Source: an uncultured Erysipelotrichaceae bacterium (lineage in GTDB: Bacteria > Bacillota_I > Bacilli_A > Erysipelotrichales > Erysipelotrichaceae). Taken from it: a DNA stretch of 32,000 bases. Numbering within the stretch: the first letter of the stretch is position 1; every line of letters begins with the position of its first letter. A program made the position numbers and the translations under genes. This document shows, piece after piece, positions 30,395-32,000 of the stretch. Below the pieces are notes generated by a model. It was given only the letters and a program-made list of their open reading frames with translations, had not been told where the DNA came from and made no database searches. The stretch is from NCBI GenBank assembly GCA_942492995.1, contig OW818653.1, positions 1,320,001 to 1,352,000 of the forward strand. Reading direction: 5' to 3'.

Positions 30395-30766
30395 TTACTT
30401 GATTTCTACAGTTGCGCCAGCTTCTTCTAATTTCTTCTTAACTTCAGCTGCAACTTCTTCGGAAACTTTTTCCTTAATTGCACGTGGTGCTGAGTCAACA
30501 ACGCCCTTCGCTTCAACTAAGCCTAAGCCTGTTAATTCACGAACAACTTTGATAACTGCAACTTTGCTTGGTCCAACTTCTTTTAAGATTACATCAACTT
30601 CAACTGGTCCAGCTGGAGCTGCTTCTTCAGCTGCTGCTGCTGCTGCAACAGGTGCAGCTGCGGATACGCCGAATTCTTCTTCGATTGCTTTTACTAAGTC
30701 ATTCAATTCTAAGATTGTCATTTCCTTTAGGGAAGCAATCACATCTTGTGCATTTAATTTTGCCAT
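30395..30766 (-). CDS. rplL: 50S ribosomal protein L7/L12
   Basis: [34 protein letters not shown], an Ala-rich hinge and a C-terminal [15 protein letters not shown] prefer the ATG at 30766, which is 9-10 nt from AGGAG. The ATG at 30772 is only about 3 nt from the SD. Confidence 0.96.
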   Translation of the reverse strand: MAKLNAQDVIASLKEMTILELNDLVKAIEEEFGVSAAAPVAAAAAAEEAAPAGPVEVDVILKEVGPSKVAVIKVVRELTGLGLVEAKGVVDSAPRAIKEKVSEEVAAEVKKKLEEAGATVEIK

Positions 30767-30788
30767 GTTCATTTTCTCCTTGATTAAA

Positions 30789-31280
30789 TTACGCTTGTTT
30801 TTGTTCAGCTACTTGTGAAATCGCATAAGCGAATTTACGAACTGGGGATTGTAACATACCCAAGATCATAGAAATCATGCCTTCGCGACCTGGTAAACTA
30901 GCCAATACTTTGATTGTAGCTACATCGACAACTTTGCCTTCAATAACTCCACCTTTTAATACTAAATGCTCATGCTTTTTAGCGAATTTCGCTAATACGC
31001 GCGCTGGCGCTACTGCATCTTTGCTGAATGCAAAGGCATTAGGCCCTTTTAGACTTTCTGCTAAAGCAGCATAACCGAGATCGTTTGCAGCGCGTTCTAC
31101 CATTGAATTCTTATAGACTTTAAAGTCTATACCATCAACTAGTAATGCACGGCGCAATTCGGTAACTTCTTTAACGGATAGCCCGCGATATTCGACGACT
31201 ACGCTTGATGCTGAAGCTTCTAGTTTTTCTTTGACTTCATTAACAACCGCAATTTTACTGTCGATAATCGTTTGGTTCAT
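30789..31280 (-). CDS. rplJ: 50S ribosomal protein L10
   Basis: [20 protein letters not shown]... with [14 protein letters not shown], typical of L10. The ATG at 31280 has AAGGAGG 8 nt upstream. The GTG at 31289 used in the track sits inside the SD. Confidence 0.95.
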   Translation of the reverse strand: MNQTIIDSKIAVVNEVKEKLEASASSVVVEYRGLSVKEVTELRRALLVDGIDFKVYKNSMVERAANDLGYAALAESLKGPNAFAFSKDAVAPARVLAKFAKKHEHLVLKGGVIEGKVVDVATIKVLASLPGREGMISMILGMLQSPVRKFAYAISQVAEQKQA

Positions 31281-31428
31281 CTGTTGCACCTCCTTGATTT
31301 ACGCAATATCCCAAAATAATAAAACTCACACTAGACAGCGTGAGTAAAAAGATTTTTCTATCTTTTACACCTCGGCAACTTTATTAAGCACTAGGCCGTT
31401 GCTGTCTTTGGTCTATTGAACAGACTTT
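31281..31428 (-). promoter_or_regulatory. rplJ 5' leader with an intrinsic-terminator-like attenuator (L10-leader-type regulation expected in Bacillota)
   Basis: The minus strand reads ACTCACGCT-GTCT-AGTGTGAGT (9-bp stem, 31324-31345) followed by TTTTATTATTTT (31313-31323). It lies between the candidate promoter and the rplJ SD. Confidence 0.5.
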
Positions 31429-31456
31429 ATTCTATCAAACTATAAGAATAAGTCAA
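31429..31456 (-). promoter_or_regulatory. Candidate sigma-A promoter for rplJ-rplL (TTGACT-16-TAGAAT)
   Basis: The minus strand reads TTGACT (31451-31456), a 16-nt spacer, then TAGAAT (31429-31434). It lies immediately downstream of the rplA terminator. Confidence 0.5.
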
Positions 31457-31486
31457 GAAAAAACGTGTCGATTGACACGTTTGTTT
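31455..31486 (-). terminator. Rho-independent terminator after rplA
   Basis: The minus strand reads AAACGTGTC-AATC-GACACGTTT followed by TTTTC. It begins 4 nt after the TAA stop at 31487-31489. Confidence 0.7.
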
Positions 31487-32000
31487 TTAGAATGTTGCGA
31501 CGTCTAATTTAATGCCAGGACCCATTGTTGTAGATAACACTACATTCTTCATGTAGATACCCTTAACAGCAGCAGGACGAGCACGTAAGATTAGGTCATA
31601 GATAACTTTCATGTTTTCTTGAATTTGTTCATCAGTGAATGAAAGTTTTCCAACTAACACACCAATGTTTCCTTCTTTATCAACACGGTATTCAACTTTA
31701 CCTTTTTTGATATCGTTAACAGCTTTAGTAACATCCATAGTAACTGTACCTGTTTTAGGGTTTGGCATTAAGCCCTTAGGACCTAAGATCTTACCTAATT
31801 TACCAAGTTCAGCCATCATGTCTGGAGTTGCGACGATAACATCGAAATCAAACCAACCGCCTTTGATCTTTTCTAAGATTTCTTTGTTCCCAACGAAATC
31901 TGCACCAGCATCAAGAGCTTCTTTTTCCTTAGGACCTTGAGTAACAACTAATACGCGTTGTGTACGTCCAGTACCGTGAGGTAATACAACAGCACCACGG
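31487..32000 (-). CDS. rplA: 50S ribosomal protein L1, C-terminal part (5' end lies beyond the window)
   Basis: The frame is open to the window end. My translation reads [37 protein letters not shown]...[30 protein letters not shown], a conserved L1 sequence. The track ORF at 31487..31819 starts at an internal Met. Confidence 0.95.
   Translation of the reverse strand, partial: RGAVVLPHGTGRTQRVLVVTQGPKEKEALDAGADFVGNKEILEKIKGGWFDFDVIVATPDMMAELGKLGKILGPKGLMPNPKTGTVTMDVTKAVNDIKKGKVEYRVDKEGNIGVLVGKLSFTDEQIQENMKVIYDLILRARPAAVKGIYMKNVVLSTTMGPGIKLDVATF

Noticed and set aside
1-32000. Search for tRNA, rRNA, CRISPR arrays or long nucleotide repeats.
   Set aside because: Intergenic space is small and is fully accounted for by promoters, leaders and terminators. 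I saw no cloverleaf-like or repeat-spacer structures.

Overview
This window is almost entirely the core transcription and translation cluster of an AT-rich, Bacillota-like bacterium, read on the minus strand. From high to low coordinates the order is rplA (partial), rplJ-rplL, a ybxB-like methyltransferase, rpoB-rpoC, rpsL-rpsG-fusA-tuf, then an interruption, then the S10/spc ribosomal-protein operon (rpsJ to rplO) and the start of secY. The genetic code is standard: Trp is TGG, and TGA ends the aconitase gene. No tRNA, rRNA, CRISPR, transposase or integrase was seen.

Four things are not ordinary:
1. rpoC encodes 1928 aa. About 633 aa are inserted in frame between the conserved GLMGKP segment and the bridge helix, and the insert consists of 8-9 degenerate tandem repeats of about 60-69 aa.
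2. rpoB is about 200 aa longer than the Bacillus type. The extra residues lie in the N-terminal lobe region, and Asn replaces the rifampicin-pocket His.
3. The normally tight tuf-rpsJ junction is interrupted by an aconitase / isocitrate dehydrogenase / citrate synthase operon and a divergent ARO8/LysN-type aminotransferase gene.
4. rpmD (L30) and the ybxF/L7Ae gene are absent from their usual slots.

All identifications come from reading the translations and from remembered family motifs and remembered B. subtilis and E. coli sequences. No database search was run.
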